64,000 nt of DNA, from assembly GCA_015680685.1 (NCBI GenBank), contig MNCI01003312.1, forward strand, positions 107,160 to 171,159, read 5' to 3'. The translations under genes were made by a program, and so were the position numbers. This document shows, in pieces, positions 39,986-50,599 of the stretch; the stretch's first letter is position 1; each line of letters begins with the position of its first letter. The DNA is from Gnetum montanum. Lineage: Eukaryota > Plantae > Gnetophyta. The notes beneath the pieces were generated by a model. It worked only from the letters and a program-made list of their open reading frames with translations. It had not been told where the DNA came from and ran no database searches.

Positions 39986-40914
39986 TGATGAGACGCGACT
40001 TGCACTAGGTCGCGATATCGCGTACACGATATCGCGTACGCGATATCGCATCTTCTCCTGCGATATCGCGTCTTCTCCTGCGATATCGCGTACGCGATAT
40101 CGCGTCCCGCCNNNNNNNNNNNNNNNNNNNNNNNNNNNNNNNNNNNNNNNNNNNNNNNNNNNNNNNNNNNNNNNNNNNNNNNNNNNNNNNNNNNNNNNNN
40201 NNNNNNNNNNNNNNNNNNNNNNNNNNNNNNNNNNNNNNNNNNNNNNNNNNNNNNNNNNNNNNNNNNNNNNNNNNNNNNNNNNNNNNNNNNNNNNNNNNNN
40301 NNNNNNNNNNNNNNNNNNNNNNNNNNNNNNNNNNNNNNNNNNNNNNNNNNNNNNNNNNNNNNNNNNNNNNNNNNNNNNNNNNNNNNNNNNNNNNNNNNNN
40401 NNNNNNNNNNNNNNNNNNNNNNNNNNNNNNNNNNNNNNNNNNNNNNNNNNNNNNNNNNNNNNNNNNNNNNNNNNNNNNNNNNNNNNNNNNNNNNNNNNNN
40501 NNNNNNNNNNNNNNNNNNNNNNNNNNNNNNNNNNNNNNNNNNNNNNNNNNNNNNNNNNNNNNNNNNNNNNNNNNNNNNNNNNNNNNNNNNNNNNNNNNNN
40601 NNNNNNNNNNNNNNNNNNNNNNNNNNNNNNNNNNNNNNNNNNNNNNNNNNNNNNNNNNNNNNNNNNNNNNNNNNNNNNNNNNNNNNNNNNNNNNNNNNNN
40701 NNNNNNNNNNNNNNNNNNNNNNNNNNNNNNNNNATACCTCAGACTTGCTTAACCATACACCGTGACACATACAAGCAAGCCTGGGAAGACAACGAACGAT
40801 TAACCCCAAGTGTTTCTTGTGGCGTTAAGGCATTTAGTCTGCGGAGTTCGACCGGATCGCGCGTGTACGCTCGTATTCGTATGGTGGAGTGTAGGGGTAC
40901 CTCGCCACTCATCA
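39986..40914 (+). mobile_element. Solo LTR, family A (spans an assembly gap)
   Basis: TGATGAG...CTCATCA termini and TSD CCAGG. The 929-bp span including the N run matches the family LTR length. Confidence 0.88.
40112..40733. other. Assembly gap (622 N)
   Basis: Run of N inside the young solo LTR. Confidence 0.99.
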
Positions 40915-41260
40915 CCAGGGGTGTAAGGTAAGTGGTCAATACACTCATCTCTCAATTGGAAGATTGTGAGTTTGATTCTTGTCCATACTTACCAGTGTGG
41001 CAATAGTGGAGTAGCTTTGTGTTGGGACCTTTTTCGTTAGCAAGCCACATCTACCCTACTATGTGGGTAGGGGTTATGCTACTAGTCCTAAGTTGTCTTA
41101 CCTTAAAAAAAATTCAACAAGCAAAAGAAAGAAAGCAAGCAAATAATACATAGGATGATTGACTTGAATGTTGAGTTTTTGCATCACATCATTTAAGTAT
41201 GAAGTATGACTTTAATTGCTAGTAGGTAACCCAAAATTTGCATGAACATAAACAATCAAT

Positions 41261-42294
41261 GGGTGTTGGAACTCAAAATAAGTGAAACATAGGTACACCC
41301 TAAGATTTATAGGAGTTTATAACTCAATGCTACCTAATAGAATTGAGTTTGTGATTTAGGGTTACTGATGATTCATGAATTGTTGGCCATGATATCACGT
41401 ACGTGATACCACAGGCGACACGATATCACGTACGTGATATCCCGTACGCGATATCACAGCCTAGACGCAATATCGCATACGCGATATCGTAGCCTGTCTC
41501 CTCATCTTTAAATAAGAGGCAAGCAAATTTGGTTAAGTTTTTTTAAGTTTAAGTTTTCAATAGTTTTAGCACTAAGGTAGGGACTTTCTGTCATTTTTTC
41601 CTCTCAACCCTTTTCTCCTAGTGCATGCCTGCAGTGTGATGATTGTAATTGTACGGCATCCTTATTTGAGTGTGACGTACTTGGACACGCACATGACCGA
41701 CAATAAAGATCAAGATTACTTCATCATTGCAGCATCCGCTTAGCTTAATTATTTAATTGTTATTGTTATTTACTGCTTTCTTAGCTAATACTTCTCTACC
41801 CTTATCTCCTAGTATCACGGAATGAGTACAACTTAATCACGAGCATTTAAGTGTGACTACTTGGTAACCCAGTAGCGTACCTAGGCCATGCGCTTGGTAA
41901 TCCTAGTGGTAGTCATGCACGAGGTTCAAGATGTGTACGAATGATTAAGGAACGGATGCTTATCGCACTTAGGCTAGTTTAGATTCTCTATTATCCTCTC
42001 TCCTAGCTTAGTCAGTATTATTTCCCATCATACCTAGAAGTAGCATTAGTGTAGGAACACATCGTACACCTCACTCTAGACTAAACCATATGTGATAAAG
42101 CTAATACTAGTCCAGGTGGGAAGACAACGAACTGCAATCTATGAGTAATTGTCTGGATACCACAACTAGTTCGTCTGCGGAGTTCGACCGAATTGTGCGT
42201 GAAACGCTCGTATTCGTATGGTTGAGTGTAGGGGTACCTCACCCCTCATCAGTTACCAAACCAAGACCTGTACCACTAGGCTAACATCTCATTG
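41261..42294 (-). mobile_element. SINE family 1 copy, split by a solo LTR
   Basis: Reverse complement of 39651-39793 on both sides of the LTR. TSD (T)AAGATCAACAATCAAT, complete at 39542-39558 in the duplicate and at 42296-42312. Confidence 0.8.
41366..42251 (+). mobile_element. Solo LTR, family A
   Basis: TGATGA...CTCATCA termini, TSD GTTAC, CGATATCG array, reverse-complement similarity to 52761-53679. Confidence 0.93.
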
Positions 42295-42329
42295 TTAAGA
42301 TCAACAATCAATGACTCTTATATCTTATT

Positions 42330-43155
42330 CATCATCATCATCCTAGCCTTGTCCCAACAAAATAGGTTTGGCTATATGAGTTTTTTCTCTTTTATCATTT
42401 GCCTATATGAAGAGCTAGATCCTTATTTACTTGTAGTTTATTCAAATCATGTTCGATTGTTTTTCCCATCTCTTATTTGGTCTTCCTTTCAATGGCTTTC
42501 TTGGAATAGTAATGTAGCAACTTTTGTTTATAGGCTTATTGTCTAATCTTCTTTGCACACATCCAAACCATCTAAGCTACCATTCTTGTAGCTTATCTAA
42601 AATAGAAGCTATGTTAATTCCTTATCCAATGTGTGTAATATGTAGTTTATCTCTTCCAGTAACATTCAACATTCATCAAAGCATTCGCGTGTCTACCACG
42701 TTGATTTATTATTCATACCTCTTTCATAATGCCCAACATTCACCACCATATAAAGTAGTAAGCCTAAGTACTGTCCTGTAAAACTTCCCCTTTAATTTTA
42801 ATTATATTCTTTTATCACATAGAGCATCACTAACTTGTCTCCATTTTGACAATCTTGCCTCAATACTATTTTTGATATCTGTATTAATTTTACCATTTGA
42901 TTGGAGAACTGATCCTAGGTAGCAAAACTGTTTGCAATGAGGGAATTTTATACCTTGAATTGTCACTTCTATTTTACTAGTGTTTATGTTATTATCAAAA
43001 TTACAATCCATACATTTTGTCTTACTTCTACTAATTTTAAGCCTTTTGATTCTAGAGTATGCCTTCATTTCTCCATTTTAGCAGCAGTATATTCCTGAGT
43101 TATATCCACCAACACAATATCATCTACATATAGCATACACTAAGGGATCTCATCG
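42330..43155 (-). mobile_element. 5'-truncated RTE-clade LINE
   Basis: CMLYVDDIVL, LKISRSKTKCM, FCYLGSVLQSNG, KWRQVSDALCDKRI; typical plant RTE 3' end (TAGCCAAACC...TTGGGACAAGGCT) and a (GAT)n tail. Confidence 0.9.
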
Positions 43156-44749
43156 TTAGAAAAACTAAATCATGCATCTTCTTTGCATCAACATTCCTAG
43201 AAAAATGAATTGATTGCAAGCATGTAATCTAAAATTTGGATGAACATATGTTATGATATAAGATCAACAATTAATGACCCATATATATTATTAGAAAGAA
43301 TAACATTTGTGCATCTTATTTGCATCAACATCACTAGAAGAATGTGTCACAAATTTTTTGCTCGCCAATTAGTAAATCTACATTATGAAAATCAACAAAA
43401 ACTTATATATCAATGGAAGAAGCAGAAATTTTAGCATTAGTAGAATAAGTTGGTCCTCTGTCAAGCTAGTGATAAGGCCTAAGGTTCTAAGAGAAATTAT
43501 GCCTAAGAGATTGACTTTGAGAATAGAAAAAAGAAAAGAGAGAATCACTTCATTCCACTAATTACTAGAAGCTCCACCAAAGGATCCACAAGAAACAAAT
43601 AAACATACATCTCAAAGGATCAAACCATTCCATTAATCACTGGTTTCAAAACTGTGAGCAGATCTTCCACAAGTTCATCACTATTACAAGAATTGCCATC
43701 AATTTAGAGATTTTTCAACAAATCCAGTCAATCACTATGGTATGCATGACTCAAGGACTTGTACAAACAACCAAAATAGAAAGATAATCATGATTAAATA
43801 AAGAGTGTCAGAATTAATAACATAGCAAGTAGTTCTTCAAGAAGAAAATAAAGAACCAAAGAAACAAATTCAAGCTCAAGCTAAAAAGAGAAAAGAACAA
43901 TTAGGACCACTAACTGAGACCATTAAAGATAGTCACATTGCTATTTTCCATTGAAGAAAAAATATGACCATTACAAAAGGAATTTGGATTTAGAATTAGT
44001 AGGATATGGAAGAGGTAGGGCTCTTTTCTCAAGGGTCCCATGACATGAATAGCCTCAATAGATTTTTCTTGTTGTTATCCTCTTCCTCCTCTTGGCCTCT
44101 TCTCCCTGGGTTGTGATGGCTCACCCACTTATAGACCTTTTTTATGCATCATCTGCAATCACATGGATGATCATGGATCAACCTTAGCTTTACTTCATAA
44201 TTTTATGTACCTTCTAATTGCCCCTAGTTAATGTTAATTTTGAAAAATTAAGCATTAAAGCTTGTAAGTGGTTACCGAATCATGAATCTTGAGGTAAGGT
44301 AGTTAAATGTGTTGATTTCCTTGATTTTTTTTTGAGAAAGTAGTCGGGATTATATTATTGAGAAACGCAAAATATAGTACAAGAGATTACAATGGTGGGC
44401 CATCGGGAATGGCCCCCCCCATGGAGGGAAGAGTCCCCACAACTTGACAAAACTACGCCCAAAACCAAAAATCGAACACTCACCCTGGAGCTAACCCATG
44501 GAAACAGCTGGGGGGGGGGGGGGGGCCCCCCCCCCCCCCCCCCCCACAAGAAAAAAGAAGGGGGGGCACCCCCCCCCTCCCCACCAAGGAAAATAGAGGG
44601 GGGGTGCACCCCTAACTGACAGGTGAGTCAGAACAACAGGGAAGACGGGGGGCATCGACCCAGTGGAGGGGGGTAAGCATTCCCCACCACCCGAGGTTGA
44701 CATCCCCCCCTATGGGTTCATCAGTAGCCATCGGCAAGCGCAATCGGGG

Positions 44750-47700
44750 CGCTCGAGCTCATGGAGGATATCTAGAGTGTTTCGGTGGTCCTTCGTGTCC
44801 ATGAAGCTAAATACCCTACATGGCTGACTCCCGTTGGCTCTTGTCTACTCGCGAGGCACTTACATCTAGATGGAAGCACGTAGAGGTTCAGCAGATATGG
44901 CGTCTGAGCTCAGCCCAGGAGCTGATGCCAAAAATGAGGTACAGGCATCGCCCCCCTCTTATCCACTGTCGGGTGTTGTGCTCATGAGCTCGGTCGAGCT
45001 GCTGTTGTTGCTAGTCCTCCTCTTCTTGAAGCTGCTCCTACTCTGCCTGCTTTGCCTACTCCCACTGCCTCTGGGCCATGTCTTCTTGGATTAACTCTTC
45101 CCGCAGTTGGGCCCGAGTTTCATCAATTAGGCGGGCCCTGGCCGCCTCGGCCATGAGGTCCTATTGCCTCACCCGCTCTTGTTCACGCTCAAAGAACTAG
45201 GCTTCTAGGTTGACCCAGGCCTGTGCGAGGGCTTCATGCCATTTGGCTTCCCACTCCCTTCTCTCAGCCTCCCGCGCATCGTTCGCGGCCCTCTGCTTGG
45301 CCTTCTGAATCTCCTCGTTCCAGTTCCCATGGCTAGAGGTCTTTGGTGGGGGGGAGACTGGTCTATCAAGGCAATAGGGGGGCGCCACTCCCGTTGGGTC
45401 CTCCGGCCCTGCGTGAAGGTGGAACCCCAGAGGGACCAGCCGCTCCCTTGTCCAGGCAAAATCGTAGGGTCCTGGGGCCTTGCTGTGGGGGGGTGCTCCG
45501 GAGAGACCCCCGTGAAGGGGTAAAGGATGAGGGGTGCTACCCCCCCTCTACCCCCCGTCACAAGGCTAGAATTAAACCAGAGTGGCGGCCACGACACTTG
45601 AGCAGGAGGGCCTCCAGAAAAAAGTGGGGGAGGTTGACCTGGTGACCCAACTTGAGACAACGCAGAAAAGTGAAGTGTAGGCCCTGTAGCTTGGAACCGT
45701 TGCTAGATTGGATAAAAAATCTGTCCACCAGATCTGCTTCGTGGGCCCAGAGGCAGGGCAAAGAAGATCTGGGTACCTATCGGCTCCATGTTCGAGGAAT
45801 GGTCCCATTAAAGAACATTTCTGGATCTTGCAGGCCGTGGGTGGAAGGCAGGATGATCTCTCCAGTGATTTGGGCCCCCAGACAACTGGTGATTGAAGAT
45901 TCTGTGAGCAAGATTTCACGGCCTCAGAAAAAGGTGCAGTCATCGGCCCAGTTGGAGAAGAACGCATTGTCTGCCATATCAGGATCCCCAACCAGCCATT
46001 GCAGAGGGTCAGACCAGTCATATTAGGTCACCATCTACCAAAGTTCTTCGTCCTCCTGAAACGCGACGTAATCCGGTTCAAACGTGGGCGTGATTCCCAT
46101 TGTCGCCTTGATTTCTTTCCACGCATTGAGAGCCTGGGAGACCAGCCGCTATGGGGGGGCATCGTTTCTATAGGAAAACAGTGTTGTTTCGTGCTTTCCA
46201 CTCTACCCATAAAAGTAGCGTGGCCCAAGAATTGCCTGTGAGACTCATCAGGGGGCACTGCCGCCACGCACCACATGGCACGCATGCACTCACAGTCGAA
46301 CACGAAGTGTTGCATCGTCTCTACTACTATGCCGCATGATAGACAAGTGTCGTGTTGTAGAATCCCGCGCCATTGTAGGAGGGCACGCACGGGTAGCACG
46401 TCGCATCTGAGCAGCCAAAGAAATATTTTGATTTTTTCTAGCAGTCACCCCTGCCATATCTGCTGCTAGCTGTCGATTCAGGGATATTTGGCTATCAGTA
46501 GGGCGCATGGCTCAAGGCCCCACCATCCCCGAGCCTGCATCACACGTGCGTGCCAGAGCCTAGAATCTTGTGCCCTCGTTTCCCAATGCAGATATTTTAC
46601 ATTTATGATGCGGATCCACGGATTAGTTCTCTATGAGAGCGCGTAAATCGAAGCACCAACCATTGCTGTCCCAACATCAGTTTATCCTCAAAGGACATGA
46701 TGCCCAAACCACCCGCATTCCGAGGGTGCACCACTCGTTCCCAACGGACCAAGTGGAGTTTGCTCCCCCCATTGTCCCCCTCCCAGATGAAGCTACGGAT
46801 CAACATGTTAATTACATTGATGACAGCGTTAGGGGGGGTGGCAACAGTTACCATGAAACAAGCGATTACCATGAGGATTCCCGTTGCCACGAGCAAGCGT
46901 CCTTTGCGGCTTAGGAACCGATTCGCCTAGTGGCCCATTCTTCTCTCAAATTTTCCACCAGCGGGCCCCATGCTATGGTTCGCCCCCACCAGAAGAGGGG
47001 AATGCCCAGATAGGTGTCATTACTTGTCCCTGGCAAGATGTTCAAAATTTGTATCACCCAGTTTTTAACTTGTTCATCAACATTAATGAAATGGGCTGAA
47101 GATTTGGTCCTATTGATCTCCAGCCCCAACTTGGCAACCAGGCAGGATAGAGGAATGTTGATGCATCGTGCCTACGAGACTGCCACCCTACTGAGCAACA
47201 TCGTATCATCCGCATAATGTTTGGCTCGACATGCCACCTCGGCAATGTTCAAACCATCCACCCCAGATGTGCTGCAGTAGTGTTACATTAAGTCCATGGC
47301 GATGATGAAGAGGAGGGGTGAGAGTGGGTCCCCTTGCCTCAGCCTCTTACCTGGAGTTGAGAGGCCCCACAACCGCCCCCCCACGTCAAAGGAGAAATTG
47401 GCTGAGGACTGCATGTGAATGAATAGCCGGATGAACTATGGATCAAACCCCTTCAGGTGCATGATGAATTATAATGCCTCCCAGCTGAGTGTGTTGTATG
47501 CCTTAGTGATATCAAGCTTGAGGAAAAGCACAGGGAAGCTCGAATTTCAAAGCGAATGAAGCACCTCTTGCATGAGAAGGATCTGGTCCTGAATGGCCCA
47601 CCCCTGTATGAAACCTGCCTGGTTGATCCCCACAAGCCTGGGCATGAGCGGTACAAGCCTATGCACCAGAAGCTTGGAGAAGATCTTACGTTGCATACTC

Positions 47701-49183
47701 TGATAGGGCAAAAGTGTTCAAGGTGATGTGCGTCAGATTGCTTTGGAATGCACACAATGCGGGAACAGTTGATTTCCTTCCAAACCTGCCTCTTGGTTAG
47801 CATGAGATTGAATGCATCTAGCATATTGGGTCCCACAATATCTAGAAATGTCTTAAAAAATTCAAGGCTCCAACCGTCAGGACCAGGTGCTTTTCCTCCC
47901 GGCATGCTGTTGATCATAGCAGTGAGTTCCTGCCAGGAGAACGGGGCTAGCAATCGCACATTATCGTGCTCGCTTAGCACTCGTGGCACGTGGATCAAGA
48001 TGGGCCTAGTGGGGTGCTTGGCCCAAATCACACCCCAGTATTGCACCAGCTCGTGTGCAATTCACTACAGATCATCAATTGTCTCCCCGTCCTGATTGCG
48101 GAGGCAGCGTGGCTGGCTTCCCCCACGTGTCTTGGCCATGGCAAAGAAGAATCTGGTTTGCCTGTCCCCCTCCCTGATCCATCGGACCCGAGAACGTTGC
48201 CGCCAGTATGTCTCCTCTTCTAGGTAAAGGGATTAGAGCTGTTGCAATGTGTGCTGCTCCTTTGCATGCAGGTCCTCTCTTGCTTCCTGCTGGGCTTGGA
48301 TCTGACCGAGCTGATCTCAGAGTTTCCATAGGCCCATTCAAAAGGATAACTTATCATCCACAGCTAGGGCCCGGATGACCCACTTCAGACGAAGTAAGGC
48401 CTCCTTAAGGAAGTTCTGGGGGTCCCCTTGGCCAGGTTGGTAGTCTGCCTAGATGTCCTCTACCAATGGCCTTACCCATGGCTTAGCTAACTAGGTAGCT
48501 TCGAAACGGAATGATCGTGGGGCCTAGGGTTTATCTGGCCCGATAGAACAAATTAGCAAGCTGTGGTATGAGGTGACCCGCTCTTGTCCCGAAACACGGA
48601 TGGAGGAATGGAGGAGGAGGTCAATGCTGACACAAACCCAATCAATGCAGGTGAGGACGCGGTCCGGGCCTTTCCTCCGATTACTCCATGTGAAACGGCA
48701 GTTCTCATTAGGCAGGTCTACCAGGGAGAAGGTTGCCAAAAAAGTCTAGAATTCATGCACCTCCAGTGAAGGGGGGGCAGCCCCCCAGATTTCTCCCAAG
48801 GGTGGAGACGTTGGTTGAAATCCCCCACCATGATCCATGATTGATGGTCTGGAATCAATGCCGCCACTTAGGTTAACTCGTGTAACCGCTACTCCCAGAT
48901 TTGTGCCCCGTAGAAGTTAGTCAACCAGACCCCTTGTGAGGGGAGCTGGACAGTGATGGCCCACTGTGACGCATCCATGAGAATCATGGCGTAGTGGGCC
49001 AGAATGGTGAGTCCACCGGCTCGGCCCAAATAGGGGTGCACGTGGGTGGTCCACCCTTCCCAGTGGAGAAGGTGTAACTTCGTTACCTGCAGCTTGACAA
49101 TCTTCGTCACGAACAATTCTACATAGGGTATTTCTTTTATAGGGGGTACCATGTCCCCTACAATTCCAACTGAACAACTTCAT
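44750..49183 (-). pseudogene. LINE ORF2 (APE endonuclease, RT, zf-RVT) plus an extra C-terminal domain and coiled coil
   Basis: MKLFSWNCRG, WIMVGDFN, FTWSNRR, KAPGPDG, KLDITKAY, LRQGDPLSPLLF, YADD, YLGIPL, CLSCGIVVETMQHFVFDC, WKARNNTVF. Coding-like sequence then continues to ~44800. Confidence 0.88.
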
Positions 49184-49208
49184 GTGTGACTGGGGGTGCC
49201 CGAAGGGT

Positions 49209-50505
49209 CTATTGGAGCCCCAAGTCAATGTTATGTTGGGTCTGCTTACCTCTGGCCCGAGTCTTGTTTAGCCGGCCGGGTCGGCCTTCTTCACCTCGCA
49301 TCACTAGGCTGCATCCAGGTTCTTCGAGTGTGGTTTCTGTCTCCTGGTGCCTTCGGGTTTTGGAGCTCCCCTGCACCACATTCACCCATTCACCTAGGGG
49401 GGGGAGCTCGATCTCGGGTTTCCTTGGGGTGGCGGTCAATGGCGACGGGGGGGTTTGGGGATGGTCTGTGGTGGTGTTATGGGTTGTGGGTGGAGGTGGN
49501 CAGGGGGTGGCATCTTCTAGGGGGGTGTTGGGGGGGCAGTCTATCAGAGGTTAGGTGTATCTGGCCCTTGCGACCCATTGTGACCCATGCGCCTCCCTCG
49601 AACATTTGTCTGGCCTAGTCCCTTGGTCTTTGCAGCCTCGCTCCCTGCACCCGACAGGCCGCTTCTTGATGGTCGGGTTTCCTGCAGCGCGTGTAGCGGG
49701 TTTTCTTGCTCCCCTGGGTCCTAGCACTGCGTTTGGGTCCTGTCGCCGCTTCCAGGTTTTCGAATTCAACTTGGAGCTTTTCTTCCCCCCGGGGAGTTCC
49801 AAGACGACCTCCTGAATGAGGTCCTTCTTTGCCAGTCGGCGCCAGACACAGAAACAGGCCAAGCCCATGTGCTTCATTGACTGCATGACCCAGTCGAAGG
49901 TGATGGATCTCATGACTTTTTGCAGGAAAAATAGATTCCAAAGTTCCTAAGGGATCCCAGAAACCTGCACCCAATCCAGGGCTCTGGTAAACAGGTCGGC
50001 CTCACGATGGATCACGGGACACCATGGGGTCAAAGCCAAATCCCTCGCCCTGTAAAACCATGGGCCTCCCAGCAAAATCGAATCCCTGGCCTGATGAGAG
50101 GGAAAAATGAATAGAAGGAGGTCTGCGGACCTCAAGTTCCCCCACCTGCCACTACTCCTGGGCCCATCGCTGGATTAGCTCCAGCCGCGGACGAGTGCCC
50201 CTCGAAACGAAGCAGCTAATAAGGCTTCGCTGCATGGTTCTGACCCCCTCGAGTGGGGGTTGGGTAAGCTAGAGGCGCAGGGTGTCCTCAGCCCTGGAGT
50301 GGGCCTCGATGCTACCTCTAGGTACCGGCCCCCCGCCGTCGTCAGCCAAGGCACTTTCGCTGTGAGGAACCTGCCCCCCGCTAGCTAGCTAGTCTGGTTC
50401 CTGCACTTGCTCCTGTTGCTGAGCTTGTGGTTGTTTTGGTTCTTGCACCTGCTGCGACTCCTGTTGCTGTTGTTGCTACTCCATTTGCTGTTGTTGCTGC
50501 TCCAT
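49209..50505 (-). pseudogene. LINE ORF1 (Q-rich N-terminus, DUF4283-like region, degenerate zinc knuckle)
   Basis: MEQQQQQ start; LLFIFPSHQARDSILLGGPWFY...LTPW...WVQVSGIP; YTRCRKPDHQEAAC. Confidence 0.8.
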
Positions 50506-50599
50506 TCAGGGTGTAACAATTTCCCACTCTCCTTGATTTATTTTTAATATTATTTTAATTCCTTAGTTAATCTAACTACCTATTAGGTGTTAGAAATTT

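Larger units (their letters stand above)
38816..41290. repeat. ~775-bp tandem segmental duplication; copy 2 interrupted by a solo LTR
   Basis: Copy 1 ~38816-39590 and copy 2 ~39593-41290 (minus the LTR at 39986-40914) align throughout, including both SINEs. Confidence 0.9.
44328..50529 (-). mobile_element. Full-length L1-clade LINE, decayed, with an extended 3' coding region
   Basis: GC-rich block with TSD TCCTTGATTT(T/A)TTTTT at 44318 and 50530, short poly(A), and ORF1 and ORF2 remnants. Confidence 0.93.

Noticed and set aside
39964-40809. 281-aa ORF
   Set aside because: Artefact of translating through the N gap.
44392-49815. Many plus-strand ORFs across the LINE
   Set aside because: Antisense shadows of GC-rich LINE coding sequence with no recognisable motifs.
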